64,000 nucleotides of DNA, from positions 124,001-188,000 of the IMG/VR virus record IMGVR_UViG_3300029983_000007. One strand, written 5' to 3'. A program made the position numbers and the translations under genes. Within the stretch, counting starts at the first letter, position 1, and the number at the start of each line of letters is the position of its first letter. Of the stretch, positions 10,985 to 21,984 are shown piece by piece. Below the pieces are notes generated by a model. That model saw only the letters and a list, made by a program, of their open reading frames with translations, did no database searches and was not told the DNA's origin.

Positions 10985-12211
10985 TTAATTTTTATGTATA
11001 ATAGGATGGTCTAGCCATTTAGTTGAATCTATCCATACTTTATTATCTTGCCAATATCCTTCTGAATAAATACTAATATCATAAATAATAAACAGCATAA
11101 CATAATAAACTATTTCATTTCCTATGCTATTTTTTAACGATATTTTTATACAATAATATCCAGGATAAATAATTTCTGGATATACAATATTATTATAATC
11201 TATAAATTTAGATCCTACTATTAAAATATTTGACTTATATTTATTAATTTCCTTATCAGTGTAATCTATTACATAATCTATTAAAATATTTATAATATCT
11301 AAATTAGTTATAATGTTTTTATCAAAATCATTAAGATTTAGTGTGAATCCACTACCGATATAAATTCCATCTGTTATTCCAGTCGCTATAGAAAAATCCA
11401 TAGTATTTCCTGTTAAACTTGATGTTAATATGTTAGTATCGAATATAATATTAGGAGGAGAATCATTAACTATAATATTATAAATATAACTTGATTTAGT
11501 AATGCCTACTGATCCAGAAACTAAAATGTGAATATAATAAACTCCGTATTTATTTATGCCATTAATTTTTTTAGCAGAACCTTCTTCATATAAATTGAAT
11601 ATTATATTATCTAATGATATTTTTTCACCAAAGCATTCAGTTATTCCACTAATAAACAAATATTTTAAACTATCTAATGTCCATCCAGATATTCCATTGT
11701 GATATAAATGTAAATATGCATCGTGTGGTTCATTATTACCTCCTCCAATCCAAGTTGTGCCACTTATAGGATAATTATAATATATAATAGGAGATATTAC
11801 ATTTGATTTTGTTTTTGTTGTTGTTGTTGTAGTTATATTTTTTATTGTTGTAGTTGTAGTTGTAGTTGTCTCTAAACTTTTAACTATATTCATAATAATA
11901 TATTGTTCAATATCAGTATTATATGAAAATTTAACACAATAATATCCTATTTTAGTAATATTATCAAATATTTGTTCATCATTAACGATTAATGTAGTTA
12001 ATTGATATTTATTTATATCTCCATCTATATAATCTATTAAATTATTTATAATATCAACTCTATTGATCGTGTTATTATCAAAATTACCAATAATCAATGT
12101 AAATCCACTATTTATATCAATATTTGATACAATATCTGAGCTTGAACCAGAAAAATAATTAGTGTTACCAGTTAAGCTATATAATATATATGGATTGTAA
12201 ATAATATTCAT
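10985..12211 (-). CDS. Putative virion structural protein with poly-Thr linker and internal duplication
   Basis: SGFTL...FD.N.I...DIIN.LIDY...GYYC.K occurs twice; TTTTTTT tracts; lies in the structural operon. Confidence 0.55.
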   Translation of the reverse strand: MNIIYNPYILYSLTGNTNYFSGSSSDIVSNIDINSGFTLIIGNFDNNTINRVDIINNLIDYIDGDINKYQLTTLIVNDEQIFDNITKIGYYCVKFSYNTDIEQYIIMNIVKSLETTTTTTTTIKNITTTTTTKTKSNVISPIIYYNYPISGTTWIGGGNNEPHDAYLHLYHNGISGWTLDSLKYLFISGITECFGEKISLDNIIFNLYEEGSAKKINGINKYGVYYIHILVSGSVGITKSSYIYNIIVNDSPPNIIFDTNILTSSLTGNTMDFSIATGITDGIYIGSGFTLNLNDFDKNIITNLDIINILIDYVIDYTDKEINKYKSNILIVGSKFIDYNNIVYPEIIYPGYYCIKISLKNSIGNEIVYYVMLFIIYDISIYSEGYWQDNKVWIDSTKWLDHPIIHKN

Positions 12212-12228
12212 GTTATATCAATTTAATT

Positions 12229-13098
12229 TTAGCAATCCATAACAACTCCATTTTTATACGTACAATCAGAAGTCAAATATATGCAAAAATTATTCTTATA
12301 TGAATTATATGCAAAAATCATTCTACAATATGCTTGTTCGTAATCATATTTGGTTAAAAACTTAATAGTGTAGTAAGTTGTTAAAGTACCTAAATATATA
12401 TAATATTTTGAAGTATCTGAACTTAATGATATAATAGTAGTATATGGTATGTGATATTTCAAATTCGTATATCCAGTACCAATTGACGAAACTACCCCGC
12501 TAATGATAAATTCCGTTGAGCCTGTTTGTCCAGTAGAATAATAGCAATCTACTTGATTAGTTATAATATCATTATAATATAAATTTGATATAGTTACAGC
12601 ACTACTTGGCTGAGGAGTAGGTGGCAAATTAATATTTGCTTGTAGAACATCTATTGCAACATCATAATCTGATGGATTATTCAAATAAATTTTTCCTATT
12701 TTATTTAGAATAGAACCATTTAAGAGTAGTAATCTACCAATTGGATATGTTGTTCCTGAATCAGAATCATAATAATAATTTATATTATATGTGTTTTGTT
12801 CATAGTAATAATAAGGATCATATGAACTTTCATTCACATTACTATAATTACCATTATATATAACTTTTATTAATAAAAATGTAGATTCTTCGATATCACC
12901 ATAATTTAATAAAAAATCTTCAGTGTATGCAGGTAGTATCAATCTTGCATTATAACATGATTCATAAAAAATTTCAATATCACTAAGACTTAAAACAGAA
13001 GATGTTTGAGGTCCGTCTGATGTTCTAAAATCTCTATTACAATTTTTTATTTCTCTTTTTGTTTGAGTACTAAGTATATTTGTTGTTATTTTAGCCAC
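12229..13098 (-). CDS. Putative structural protein, paralog of 13109-13882
   Basis: Start reassigned to GTG 13098 (MAKITT..., compare MAIITP...). Shares TFL.IKV.Y, DPYY.YE..YNINY and NP.DYDV..DVL.A with its neighbour. Confidence 0.6.
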   Translation of the reverse strand: MAKITTNILSTQTKREIKNCNRDFRTSDGPQTSSVLSLSDIEIFYESCYNARLILPAYTEDFLLNYGDIEESTFLLIKVIYNGNYSNVNESSYDPYYYYEQNTYNINYYYDSDSGTTYPIGRLLLLNGSILNKIGKIYLNNPSDYDVAIDVLQANINLPPTPQPSSAVTISNLYYNDIITNQVDCYYSTGQTGSTEFIISGVVSSIGTGYTNLKYHIPYTTIISLSSDTSKYYIYLGTLTTYYTIKFLTKYDYEQAYCRMIFAYNSYKNNFCIYLTSDCTYKNGVVMDC

Positions 13099-13108
13099 TA
13101 TATTTATA

Positions 13109-13882
13109 TTATATTTTATCCCAGTTACCAGCACTGGCATCAATTAATCTTAAAACATCAAATTGATTAAGAAATTGATATGAACTTGAATAATCTATTG
13201 TTTGAGTACTTTCAGGTATAATAGTTATAACTCCATTTAATATATTTTTTATAGTTAATATATTACCAGTTCCTGTAGATGATGGTAAATATAATGAATA
13301 TGTAGAGCCAGAATCTGTTGTTCCTGAACATCTTATATATTCATCTGATGTTGTTCCAGTATAAGTACTTGATATATCTTTTATATCATAATGTATTTGA
13401 TAATCAGGTGATATATTTGTTTCATCATCAAATTCAGAATCTACTGTCGCATGTAATACATCCAATACCACATCATAATCCAGTGGATTTGTTACATATA
13501 TTTGTGGTATTCTTTCTTCTGATGAGCCTGTCATTATTAATAATCTATTTAATGGTCTTAAAATTGGATCATTTTCAAAGTGATAATTTATATTATATTT
13601 TATTTCCTCATATTTATAATATGGATCAGTCAAACTATCATAAGTTACTTTTATCATTAAAAAAGTAACAGCTTTACCAATAAATCCATATAGTAATTTA
13701 TTAGATTCTCCTGCTTTTAAAACTATTCTTGATCTGTATTGTGATTCATATGGAATAGCTAAATCTTCTAAACTTAATTTGCTAATGATGTTCGGACCTT
13801 CAACCGCAATAAATGAGCAATTCCAATTTTTTATTGTTTTCTCTGTTGTGTTAATAAGAGAATTAGGTGTTATTATGGCCAT
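13109..13882 (-). CDS. Putative structural protein
   Basis: First gene after the late-type promoter at 13898-13908; paralog of the downstream gene; fibre-like C-terminus (YSLYLPSSTGTGNILTIKN). Confidence 0.6.
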   Translation of the reverse strand: MAIITPNSLINTTEKTIKNWNCSFIAVEGPNIISKLSLEDLAIPYESQYRSRIVLKAGESNKLLYGFIGKAVTFLMIKVTYDSLTDPYYKYEEIKYNINYHFENDPILRPLNRLLIMTGSSEERIPQIYVTNPLDYDVVLDVLHATVDSEFDDETNISPDYQIHYDIKDISSTYTGTTSDEYIRCSGTTDSGSTYSLYLPSSTGTGNILTIKNILNGVITIIPESTQTIDYSSSYQFLNQFDVLRLIDASAGNWDKI

Positions 13883-13894
13883 AATTGTGTTTTC

Positions 13895-13933
13895 TTTTAT
13901 ATATAAAATTTAGCATCCTAAAATTTATATATA
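13895..13933. promoter_or_regulatory. Divergent pair of putative late promoters (TTTATATATA)
   Basis: Motif on the minus strand at 13898-13908 and the plus strand at 13924-13933, each just upstream of a structural gene. Confidence 0.6.
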
Positions 13934-13956
13934 ATGTAAATATAAAATAATTAAAC

Positions 13957-16449
13957 ATGAAATATATTTATACTCCTAAATTTGATGGTACATTTACAAT
14001 GAGTTGGATAAGTACTACTGATTCTCCTGCTTATGAATCACATAATGTACGTGATTCTGTGCAATTTTCTATTTATGAACCATTGAAAAGTATATCATCA
14101 ATTACAAACATAAAATCTACTATACTAGGAGAAACAACTGAACATTATTTCAAACCATATTTTTCTTATAGTAACATAAGAAGTGGAGTTAGTTACAGTG
14201 AATCTATTCCTATTACTGGAATTACTCAAGATTATTGTCCTTTAAATTATTTATATTTAAATCTATCTTATTATAGGATTGATGAAAATATAGATACTAT
14301 ACCTTCACTGACAATAAATTCTATTGTAATTGAGGGTACTTATGATATTGAACAAACTGATACTATTGTTGATATTCCAGATTCTGGATCAACATCAGGA
14401 GGTTATTTAATAATTAAGCCTAAAAATATTTATAAAGTATTTAAATTAACAGGTTACGAAATATATGGAGTGAATACTAATAATTTAGAAATTAAATATA
14501 GATTTACTCAGGATAATGGTAGAACATATACATCATGGGAAAATTTAACAACAGAAAATATATCAACAGTAAAAATAAATCCAATAAGATTTGCTCAAGT
14601 TGAATATTCTGTTCATAAAAAAATAAATGGAATAGTATCTAAAGTTTATGATATTATATTATTAGGAGATTTTCAAAATATTAATAAAAATTATCTTAAA
14701 CTTAACAGATATGGAGTCAGAGAAGATTGTTCTGTTTTATATCCATCACTAAATACTGGAACAACAATTGATTATACTGATAATTCAAATTCTGTGTGTT
14801 TAAGTGGTATTACAACATATCAAACTGGAGGGTCAATAGATTATAATAGAGATTGGATAACAAAAGGATTGAGCTGTTATTTATCAGGAAATGTAATACC
14901 AAGCCTAAGTTCTCAAGCAAATAGTCCAGGTTTAAATTCTACTCAGACAGCGGCAGAATCAGGTATATTTAATCCATATGCTGGATCAATAAAGATTGGT
15001 AATTGGTATGCTTATTTAGCAAGTACAGTTGGCAAAATATTTGGATGGACAGTTGATTATCATTTGACAGATCCAGACGGAAAAGGAATTGATAGTATTC
15101 TTCATGAGTATCAATTATATAACATAGTAGATACACAAAAAATTAAAATAATAGTACCTGAAAATACATTTCCAGATAATCAAGTTCAAGTTAATGAATA
15201 TATGTTAGATATGATGGACACATTTCAAGTTATTATATTAAAAGATGAGTTTCATAATGCGTTTGGAATTGAAAAAAGACCATCACAAAAAGATATCATA
15301 TTTTTTTGTCAGGCAAATCGTATGTATAGAGTAAAAAGTGCTCAAGTAAAAAGAGATGTTATGTATATGGGAATTTATTATAATGTTGTACTTGAAAAAT
15401 ACGAAAAACTTGCAAATGAAAAAAACGTATCAAACAAATCAAAAAATCTTATAGAATCATTGACAAATAATAATACAATTGATTCATTATTTGGAGTAGA
15501 AATAAGAGAACAAGAAGATAAAATTGTAAGTAAACAATTAAAGCCAATTACACATGAAGTTTATAGATTAAATGTAAATCCAAAATTAGATATAATAAAA
15601 AAGGATATCTACAATTCTTTAAAAGATATAAAAATCGCAGATAGCTATTATAATTTAACATCATTACAATCTGGGATCACAGCAGTATCATATACATATA
15701 AAGATTCTAATTTAAAAGTTACTGACAATAGATCATTTAATGTATGGTTTAATTTTAATAATAGTTATGATTTAAATAAATCTATTGATGAAAATACTTT
15801 TATTTCTTATAATATTAACAACAGTAGTTATTTTGAATTTTTGAATAACTATGATTCAATTAATAGCAAAGGCTATAAATTATCATATTCAAATAATCAA
15901 ATATTATTAAATATAAATGATATAGATTATAGTTTGACTGCAACTGGTTTAACTACAAATGTTTGGTATGGATTAACTGTAAATTTAGATAATAGACAAA
16001 GAACTATAAGTTTAGATTTATTCAAAAGAAGATATAATTATAAAATAACTATGTTTACACATGATTATAAGAGTGTAATTGTAGACAACACAAACATAAA
16101 TGAAATAACACTTTACAAATCAAAAGGATATAGACCAGTCAAAAACACAGAAATTGCGATTAAGTTACCTGATAAAAGTTTATATAAACTTGCATCAATA
16201 AAATATGTTGATGGATATAATGATGTAGTTGTTCCATTAAATACATTCAGTATTGATAAAATAATAACAATAAATTCATCAGATATTAAATTAACAAATA
16301 TTAGAATATATGATGATGTGATACCAGAAGATTCTAAATCTAATTTATTATTACAGAGAGTTGTACAAGATTCAAATAATTTGATATTAGCAGATAATGC
16401 TACTAAAAAATTGTTCACTAAAAATATTTATAACAATAGATGGGAATGA
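13957..16449 (+). CDS. Neck/head-closure protein (T4 gp14-like core) with N- and C-terminal extensions, LamG-like C-terminus
   Basis: Central IDSILHEY...FHNAFGIEKRPSQKDIIFFCQANRMYRV resembles the gp14 RPxEGDLIYF motif; LTTNVWYGLTV...NIRIYD is LamG-like. Confidence 0.6.
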   Translation: MKYIYTPKFDGTFTMSWISTTDSPAYESHNVRDSVQFSIYEPLKSISSITNIKSTILGETTEHYFKPYFSYSNIRSGVSYSESIPITGITQDYCPLNYLYLNLSYYRIDENIDTIPSLTINSIVIEGTYDIEQTDTIVDIPDSGSTSGGYLIIKPKNIYKVFKLTGYEIYGVNTNNLEIKYRFTQDNGRTYTSWENLTTENISTVKINPIRFAQVEYSVHKKINGIVSKVYDIILLGDFQNINKNYLKLNRYGVREDCSVLYPSLNTGTTIDYTDNSNSVCLSGITTYQTGGSIDYNRDWITKGLSCYLSGNVIPSLSSQANSPGLNSTQTAAESGIFNPYAGSIKIGNWYAYLASTVGKIFGWTVDYHLTDPDGKGIDSILHEYQLYNIVDTQKIKIIVPENTFPDNQVQVNEYMLDMMDTFQVIILKDEFHNAFGIEKRPSQKDIIFFCQANRMYRVKSAQVKRDVMYMGIYYNVVLEKYEKLANEKNVSNKSKNLIESLTNNNTIDSLFGVEIREQEDKIVSKQLKPITHEVYRLNVNPKLDIIKKDIYNSLKDIKIADSYYNLTSLQSGITAVSYTYKDSNLKVTDNRSFNVWFNFNNSYDLNKSIDENTFISYNINNSSYFEFLNNYDSINSKGYKLSYSNNQILLNINDIDYSLTATGLTTNVWYGLTVNLDNRQRTISLDLFKRRYNYKITMFTHDYKSVIVDNTNINEITLYKSKGYRPVKNTEIAIKLPDKSLYKLASIKYVDGYNDVVVPLNTFSIDKIITINSSDIKLTNIRIYDDVIPEDSKSNLLLQRVVQDSNNLILADNATKKLFTKNIYNNRWE

Positions 16450-17306
16450 AATATATTAAGAAATATGAAATAGTAGATTATAAAGAAACAGATTTTGATG
16501 ATATAGATGAATATGATGGTTTTTTATATGCATATTCAGATAAACCGTTAAATAAAAAAAATGTTAATAAAGCTATAATATTTCCATATAATAGAGCTGA
16601 CGCATCAGATACCGCCAGTGAATATATCTATCAAATCAAATTAAAGAATCCGATATATAAAAAAACAAGACTTATTGATATGATAGATGACGATGATATT
16701 TTCAATGGAGGAAATATTATCAAAGATGATCATTCTAAATATTCTGGCTATTTCTTAAAGAATTGTTTTAATGATTGGCAAATTTATATAGAAGATGTAA
16801 ATGATATAATAAGTTTTAAACTTGTTGGCGGATTTGTGATGTACGATAAAAATAAGACTAACAGATTAAAAATAAAATATTCTGATGAAACTGATAGTTG
16901 GCTATATTTATATATCTCAGGGTCATTAAGATTACCAAAATTAACACAAAAAATAATAGATGAGTTGAAGCAATTCAGACCTACTGAATCAATAAAAATT
17001 TATAAAGGAATAGAAGAAGTTCAAATTGTACATTCATCAAAAGTAGATTATCCTTATAAAAAAGGACAAAGAATAGAATCATTTTTTAATTATCCAACTT
17101 CTTGGACTACTAACATATTAACAGCTATTAGATTTATTGATGACGAACCATCAACACCTCCATTTGTTGCATCTATGATAGTATCACCAGATGATATATT
17201 AGTTGATGTACAGATGTTACCGAAGAAATACTACCATACTAATCAAAGAGAAATTATAATGCTACCAGGTACATACGAATACAAATTAGTATGGGAAGTA
17301 AAATAA
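16446..17306 (+). CDS. Putative ADP-ribosyltransferase-fold protein with MKYIKKYE leader
   Basis: IYKG...PTSWTT...NQREIIM spacing is typical of R-S-E ART folds; ATGA-coupled to the neck gene. Confidence 0.5.
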   Translation: MKYIKKYEIVDYKETDFDDIDEYDGFLYAYSDKPLNKKNVNKAIIFPYNRADASDTASEYIYQIKLKNPIYKKTRLIDMIDDDDIFNGGNIIKDDHSKYSGYFLKNCFNDWQIYIEDVNDIISFKLVGGFVMYDKNKTNRLKIKYSDETDSWLYLYISGSLRLPKLTQKIIDELKQFRPTESIKIYKGIEEVQIVHSSKVDYPYKKGQRIESFFNYPTSWTTNILTAIRFIDDEPSTPPFVASMIVSPDDILVDVQMLPKKYYHTNQREIIMLPGTYEYKLVWEVK

Positions 17307-17332
17307 AAAAGAACCTTAATTAAGGTTCTTTT
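17307..17332. terminator. Bidirectional terminator
   Basis: Perfect palindrome aaaagaaccttaa/ttaaggttctttt between convergent genes. Confidence 0.85.
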
Positions 17333-17335
17333 ATT

Positions 17336-17821
17336 TTAATTTTCAATCATCTTTTTGATGTCTTTTGATAGATAATATCTAATTTTTTTATCCTTAATTT
17401 TAAATTCATACGCTTCAAATGTTTTTATTTGTTGTTGTAAATTACAAATAAAATTATTCAAATCTGCTATTGATTCTGTATATACTGGATCTGAATCCCA
17501 ATAATCAGGAAATCTTTTCTTAAAACTTTCTAATTCATTTTCTACAATTCTGACAGACAAATAAACATTCTTATCAAATATGTTTGATTTTATACTTATC
17601 ATATCTTTCATATGAACAGTAAATCTATGTACTAGATTATCTGTTTCTATTGTTTTTAGAAGCCCTATTGCATAAGCATCATTCTCAGAAATGACTATTG
17701 GCTTATTTTCTTTTACAATTGCTTGTATTTCTTGCTCATTTTTATCTTTAAGAACAAATCGCTTGTAGTCTGACCATAAGCAACGTCTAAAAATATCATC
17801 AATTGTTAATGTAATAATCAT
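17336..17821 (-). CDS. Hypothetical protein
   Basis: 161-aa ORF with its own promoter motif and terminator. Confidence 0.75.
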   Translation of the reverse strand: MIITLTIDDIFRRCLWSDYKRFVLKDKNEQEIQAIVKENKPIVISENDAYAIGLLKTIETDNLVHRFTVHMKDMISIKSNIFDKNVYLSVRIVENELESFKKRFPDYWDSDPVYTESIADLNNFICNLQQQIKTFEAYEFKIKDKKIRYYLSKDIKKMIEN

Positions 17822-17853
17822 ATAATATTTATGTTTTTTTTTTGTATTAATAA

Positions 17854-17881
17854 ATTATATGACTATTAATTTTTTTTGTTT
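17854..17881 (-). promoter_or_regulatory. Putative middle promoter AAAC-N18-TATAAT
   Basis: One of nine copies with identical spacing in this window. Confidence 0.65.
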
Positions 17882-17966
17882 AATTTTTTTTAATATATAC
17901 AATTAAATATCAAAGAATTTAGTACCTTTACAACGTCTAATAAAAATATATTAAAGTATTCATATT

Positions 17967-18722
17967 ATGAAATTTATAAAACATTATAATGAAGGTTACA
18001 ACATGACAGAAAAAATAACTGATATTAGAGAGTTTTTTTCAAATTTAAAACTGATAACATATCACTTTGAAGATTATCACATTTTCAATAAATTCAAAAA
18101 TGATATTGAAAAAGAACTAAATACAACATGTGGTATGTCATTTTTTGGCTTTACAATTAATGGAAGATTTTTTGATCCAATTATAGATACAGTAACCGTT
18201 GAATTACACAAAATGTTTGATATAATTGTCAATAATGATTATCAAGGCATATATGATGGATGTAATGAAAGAAAATTCGGTGGCAATAGATTTGAATATT
18301 ATGAAAGAAACACAAAATATTATTTATATTTAGAAAATCACATATCAAAGGTAATTTCAAGTAATGTTAATGATGATAGATTTACACCTTATTATGATAT
18401 TAGATTCAGAACAAGAATTTTCACAAACAGTGACAAAATAGAGGAAGAAAAAGAAACAAAAATAATTAATGATATCATAGATAAATATAATCTTAAAGAA
18501 AAATACGAGATTTTAATAGATAGTAGTGGTAGTAGACGTGAAATAAGAATAATTAGAAAAAATAGAATAATATTGAATTCCAAACAGAAAAAAGAAATTG
18601 AAAAAGCTAAATTATTTGGATTACAGAAATATGAAGAATTAAAAGAAAGAATTCCAGCACAGATAGAATATAATATTCTTATGGACAATATAATTAAAAA
18701 TAAAAATAAATTTAATTTGTGA
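17967..18722 (+). CDS. Hypothetical protein, MKFIKHYNE...KFNL tag class
   Basis: Terminal motifs; follows the late-type motif at 17888-17899. Confidence 0.75.
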   Translation: MKFIKHYNEGYNMTEKITDIREFFSNLKLITYHFEDYHIFNKFKNDIEKELNTTCGMSFFGFTINGRFFDPIIDTVTVELHKMFDIIVNNDYQGIYDGCNERKFGGNRFEYYERNTKYYLYLENHISKVISSNVNDDRFTPYYDIRFRTRIFTNSDKIEEEKETKIINDIIDKYNLKEKYEILIDSSGSRREIRIIRKNRIILNSKQKKEIEKAKLFGLQKYEELKERIPAQIEYNILMDNIIKNKNKFNL

Positions 18723-19540
18723 AAAATTACAATCAATATATCAAAGAATCTAATATGACTAAACTCACTCAACCAAGTGATGAGGAAATTAAAGACGCTG
18801 AAAAAATATTAGCAGAAGGAAAAGATCCTGATTCAAATATGAAAGATGTTGGTTGTTTTTATATAGATGTATCGGGCAAATATTCAGTTTATTATACTTT
18901 TTGGAGATGGAATCCAAAATCTGCAAATTGCTATTATATATGTAATCTAAGTACTGACTTTGTGACAGCAGTTAAAAAAGCTGCTAAAGCTTCAGGTAGA
19001 ATTCCAGTTGTTATTGATAGATTCGGTACATATGCTGGACTATTTCAAGCAGAAAAAAATAAAATATTATCATTCGGTAAATATCGTGGTCAAACAATAG
19101 GAGAAATATTCGTAACTGATCCTCAATATATTGTATATTTATCAAAAGATTTTCATGGTAATGCAGAGATGGCAAAAGAAATTCAAGATTATAAAAATTT
19201 ATTTTTTGAAACTTTAACTAAGAAAAATCAAGAAGAAAGTACTAGCAAATATATAGGAGAAGTAGGAACTAAAATTACAATAAAAGCTACAGTTTATAAT
19301 TTTAATGTGAATCAGAGTGCATTTGGACCACAATACACTGCGAAATTAACTGATGATGATGGAAATAGATATATAGCTTATAATATTGGCAGAACTCTTA
19401 GAAAAAATGATGTTGTATATATGACAGCAAAAGTAAAAGAGCATAAAGAAATAGTAGGAATTAAATTTACTTCTATATACTATTGTAAGATAACTAATGT
19501 ATTCAACTTAGATGATGATATGGCAAAATTCAATTTATAA
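18719..19540 (+). CDS. Tag-class protein with FGKY/H (DUF3820/ExoX-C-like) motif and OB-fold-like C-terminus
   Basis: LSFGKYRGQTIGEIFVTDPQYIVYL; SKYIGEVG.KI...FG...AKVKEH; ends AKFNL. Confidence 0.6.
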   Translation: MKNYNQYIKESNMTKLTQPSDEEIKDAEKILAEGKDPDSNMKDVGCFYIDVSGKYSVYYTFWRWNPKSANCYYICNLSTDFVTAVKKAAKASGRIPVVIDRFGTYAGLFQAEKNKILSFGKYRGQTIGEIFVTDPQYIVYLSKDFHGNAEMAKEIQDYKNLFFETLTKKNQEESTSKYIGEVGTKITIKATVYNFNVNQSAFGPQYTAKLTDDDGNRYIAYNIGRTLRKNDVVYMTAKVKEHKEIVGIKFTSIYYCKITNVFNLDDDMAKFNL

Positions 19541-19542
19541 TT

Positions 19543-19965
19543 ATGTTAATGTACGAAAGTTTTTTAGATTTTTTTAATAAAAAATCAAGTCCTTCTATTA
19601 AATTAGCAATATCAATAGTTTCTTTATTTAATTCAATTGATAATAATTTAAAATGTTATTATATAAAAAATAATAATTTAATATCAATAAAAAATAACAA
19701 TGAAATATTATTAACTATAATGTTTTATAAAATAAAAGTGAATGATAGTTATTATTTTGATGCTATTAAATTTGAAGAGTTAAATTTAGAAAAATATAAA
19801 AATATTAAAGATTTTATGATAGATGTTCTTGATGTTGGTGATATTATAACATTTAAACATATTGATATAAAAGAAAATGATATTCCTAATATCATAGATA
19901 ATTTAACCAAAGAAAATTATGATGATTTCTTAATTCAAATGAGTGCAAACAAATTCAACATATAA
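19543..19965 (+). CDS. Hypothetical protein, ...ANKFNI tag class
   Basis: Starts MLMYESF, ends SANKFNI. Confidence 0.7.
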   Translation: MLMYESFLDFFNKKSSPSIKLAISIVSLFNSIDNNLKCYYIKNNNLISIKNNNEILLTIMFYKIKVNDSYYFDAIKFEELNLEKYKNIKDFMIDVLDVGDIITFKHIDIKENDIPNIIDNLTKENYDDFLIQMSANKFNI

Positions 19966-20219
19966 AAAAAGACTGTCAAATGACAGTCTTTTTCTTTTAA
20001 TCTACCAATTTTACCCTTTCTATCATCAAATCTTTTTTCAAGATCAATTAAATGATAACTCCATTTGTTAGGAAAATCTAATAATCTTAAGTTTAATTTT
20101 TGCACATCTTTGTGTACTTCAGTTAATTTAGCTTCAATCAATATTGATGGAGCTTCGTAACCATTACGGTTTACGATTTCGACTCTCCAAAGTCGAGTTT
20201 TAGATATTGTTTTCATCAT
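19935..20219 (-). CDS. Hypothetical protein (3' end uncertain; reads through the terminator)
   Basis: ORF preceded by AAAC-N18-TATATT at 20267-20294. Confidence 0.45.
   Translation of the reverse strand: MMKTISKTRLWRVEIVNRNGYEAPSILIEAKLTEVHKDVQKLNLRLLDFPNKWSYHLIDLEKRFDDRKGKIGRLKEKDCHLTVFFYMLNLFALI
19966..19993. terminator. Bidirectional terminator
   Basis: aaaaagactgtca-aa-tgacagtcttttt. Confidence 0.8.
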
Positions 20220-20292
20220 CGTTAATGATGGCGATTGGTGGAGAATGTAAATTAATTTTCATAAGTAATATATCTAATTTTTTAAATAAAGT

Positions 20293-20793
20293 TTATTTCT
20301 TTATTGACATTGCAATATCATAGTACCTACGAGGATTGTTACATTCTAATTCAATTGCTAATTTTAAAAATTCTGTTGCAACTCCAGTATTATTAGGATA
20401 ACCAGTTTGAGATTTTTTGTAATCTCTAATAAATTTTCTTAATTTATTATCATCATCAGAATAAATTTCTTTGAAATCTTTCTTTTCTTTGACACTAAAT
20501 GATGATCCATCAATGAAATATTTTAAATATTTCAAAAAGTGATTATGGCTAAAAACTTCATAATCTGTTTCACATCCATTATAATAAAACATTTTATACC
20601 TAGATTTTTTTGTACCAATATTGTAATCTTCATTAAAAAAAAATTCTAATCTATTACTAGGTATTCTATTTTTATTATACATGAGATAAAATAATTTTCT
20701 TGTCATATCTCCATTATTAACACCATTTGGTATTTTTGATTCATTCCATTCTATGCTATCATATAAAAATTGTTCTTGATCCGTTAATATCAT
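20293..20793 (-). CDS. Hypothetical protein
   Basis: 166-aa ORF preceded by AAAC-N18-TATAAA at 20807-20834. Confidence 0.75.
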   Translation of the reverse strand: MILTDQEQFLYDSIEWNESKIPNGVNNGDMTRKLFYLMYNKNRIPSNRLEFFFNEDYNIGTKKSRYKMFYYNGCETDYEVFSHNHFLKYLKYFIDGSSFSVKEKKDFKEIYSDDDNKLRKFIRDYKKSQTGYPNNTGVATEFLKLAIELECNNPRRYYDIAMSIKK

Positions 20794-20908
20794 ATTGTTT
20801 TTGTTTTTTATAGTTTAAAATATTTGAGTTGTTTATTTTATAATACCATACCAATAGATTGTAAATTTAGGACTACAATATATTTATATATAGAATAAAA
20901 ATATTAAT

Positions 20909-21984
20909 GTGATAATAGATAAATTGTATAATATTAGTATAGGTTCTAAAAATTTTAATCATTTCAAAAAATTAAATTATAATTGTAAAGTTGGTGAAAC
21001 AATAGAAGTGAATTCAATAGATTTGATGAGTAATTGTAAAGTAATTGTTAATGCGAAATGTGATATTTGTGGGACAGAAACATCATTGGAATATAGATCA
21101 TATTTAAAAAATGTTAGTAAATATCCTATATATTGCTGTAGTACATCATGTTCAAAAATAAAAGAAGATAAAACAAAAAAGGAAATATATGGTGAAGAAT
21201 TTCAGAAAATAAGAGTCCAAAACATGAAGAAAACAAATAAGAAGAGATATGGAAATGAATGCTCATCTCAGATATTTAGAAATGAAAAAAATCAAGAAAC
21301 TTTTATAACTGAATTAAAAGAATTATATAAAAATAATGACTTTGATTATTCAAAAGTAAATTATATTAATAATTATACTAAAGTAGAAATAATATGTAAA
21401 GATCACGGCTCATTTGAAATAATACCTAATGCGTTATTAATAGGACAAGGATGTAAAAAATGTAATAAAGAAAGAATAAAAAATCAAGAATAAAAATATA
21501 TTTAGATAAATCAAATATTACACACAACAATAAATATGATTATTCTAAAGTTGATTATAATATACAAACAGAAAAAGTAACAATTATTTGTCCAATTCAT
21601 GGAGAATTTAAACAAATGATAAATCAACATTCAACTGGTCGTGGTTGCAAAAAATGTGGATATATTAACGTTAGATTAAAAAAATTGGAAATTATAGAAT
21701 CTAATTTTAAAAAAGGTTATCAAATAACTCCATATTTTAATCCTAATGCTTGTAAATTATTTGATGAAATTAGTAAAAAAGAAAATATATACATTCAACA
21801 TGCAATGAATGGAGGCGAATATCGTATAAAAGAATTAGGATATTGGATTGATGGATATGATATGAAAAATAATGTTGTATATGAATATGATGAAAAGGAA
21901 CATTTCATTAAAGGAATATTAAAGGAGAAAGATGTAGATAGACAAAAAGAAATTGAAAATTTTTTAGGTTGTACATTCATATGA
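20909..21984 (+). pseudogene. Frameshifted homing-endonuclease-like gene (CxxC finger, DUF723-like repeats, PD-(D/E)xK-like C-terminus)
   Basis: ORF1 (CDICG, FDYSKVNY...IICKDHG) stops at 21493. The -1 frame is open from 21469 (KYDYSKVDY...ICPIHGEF...YWIDGYD...VYEYDEKEH). One extra A in the A6 run at 21478-21483 would join the two. Confidence 0.7.

Noticed and set aside
20200-20262. 20-codon ORF (MKINLHSPP...) overlapping the 20219 start, as a leader peptide or frameshifted N-terminus
   Set aside because: Its ATG lies at about the predicted transcription start and there is no other support.
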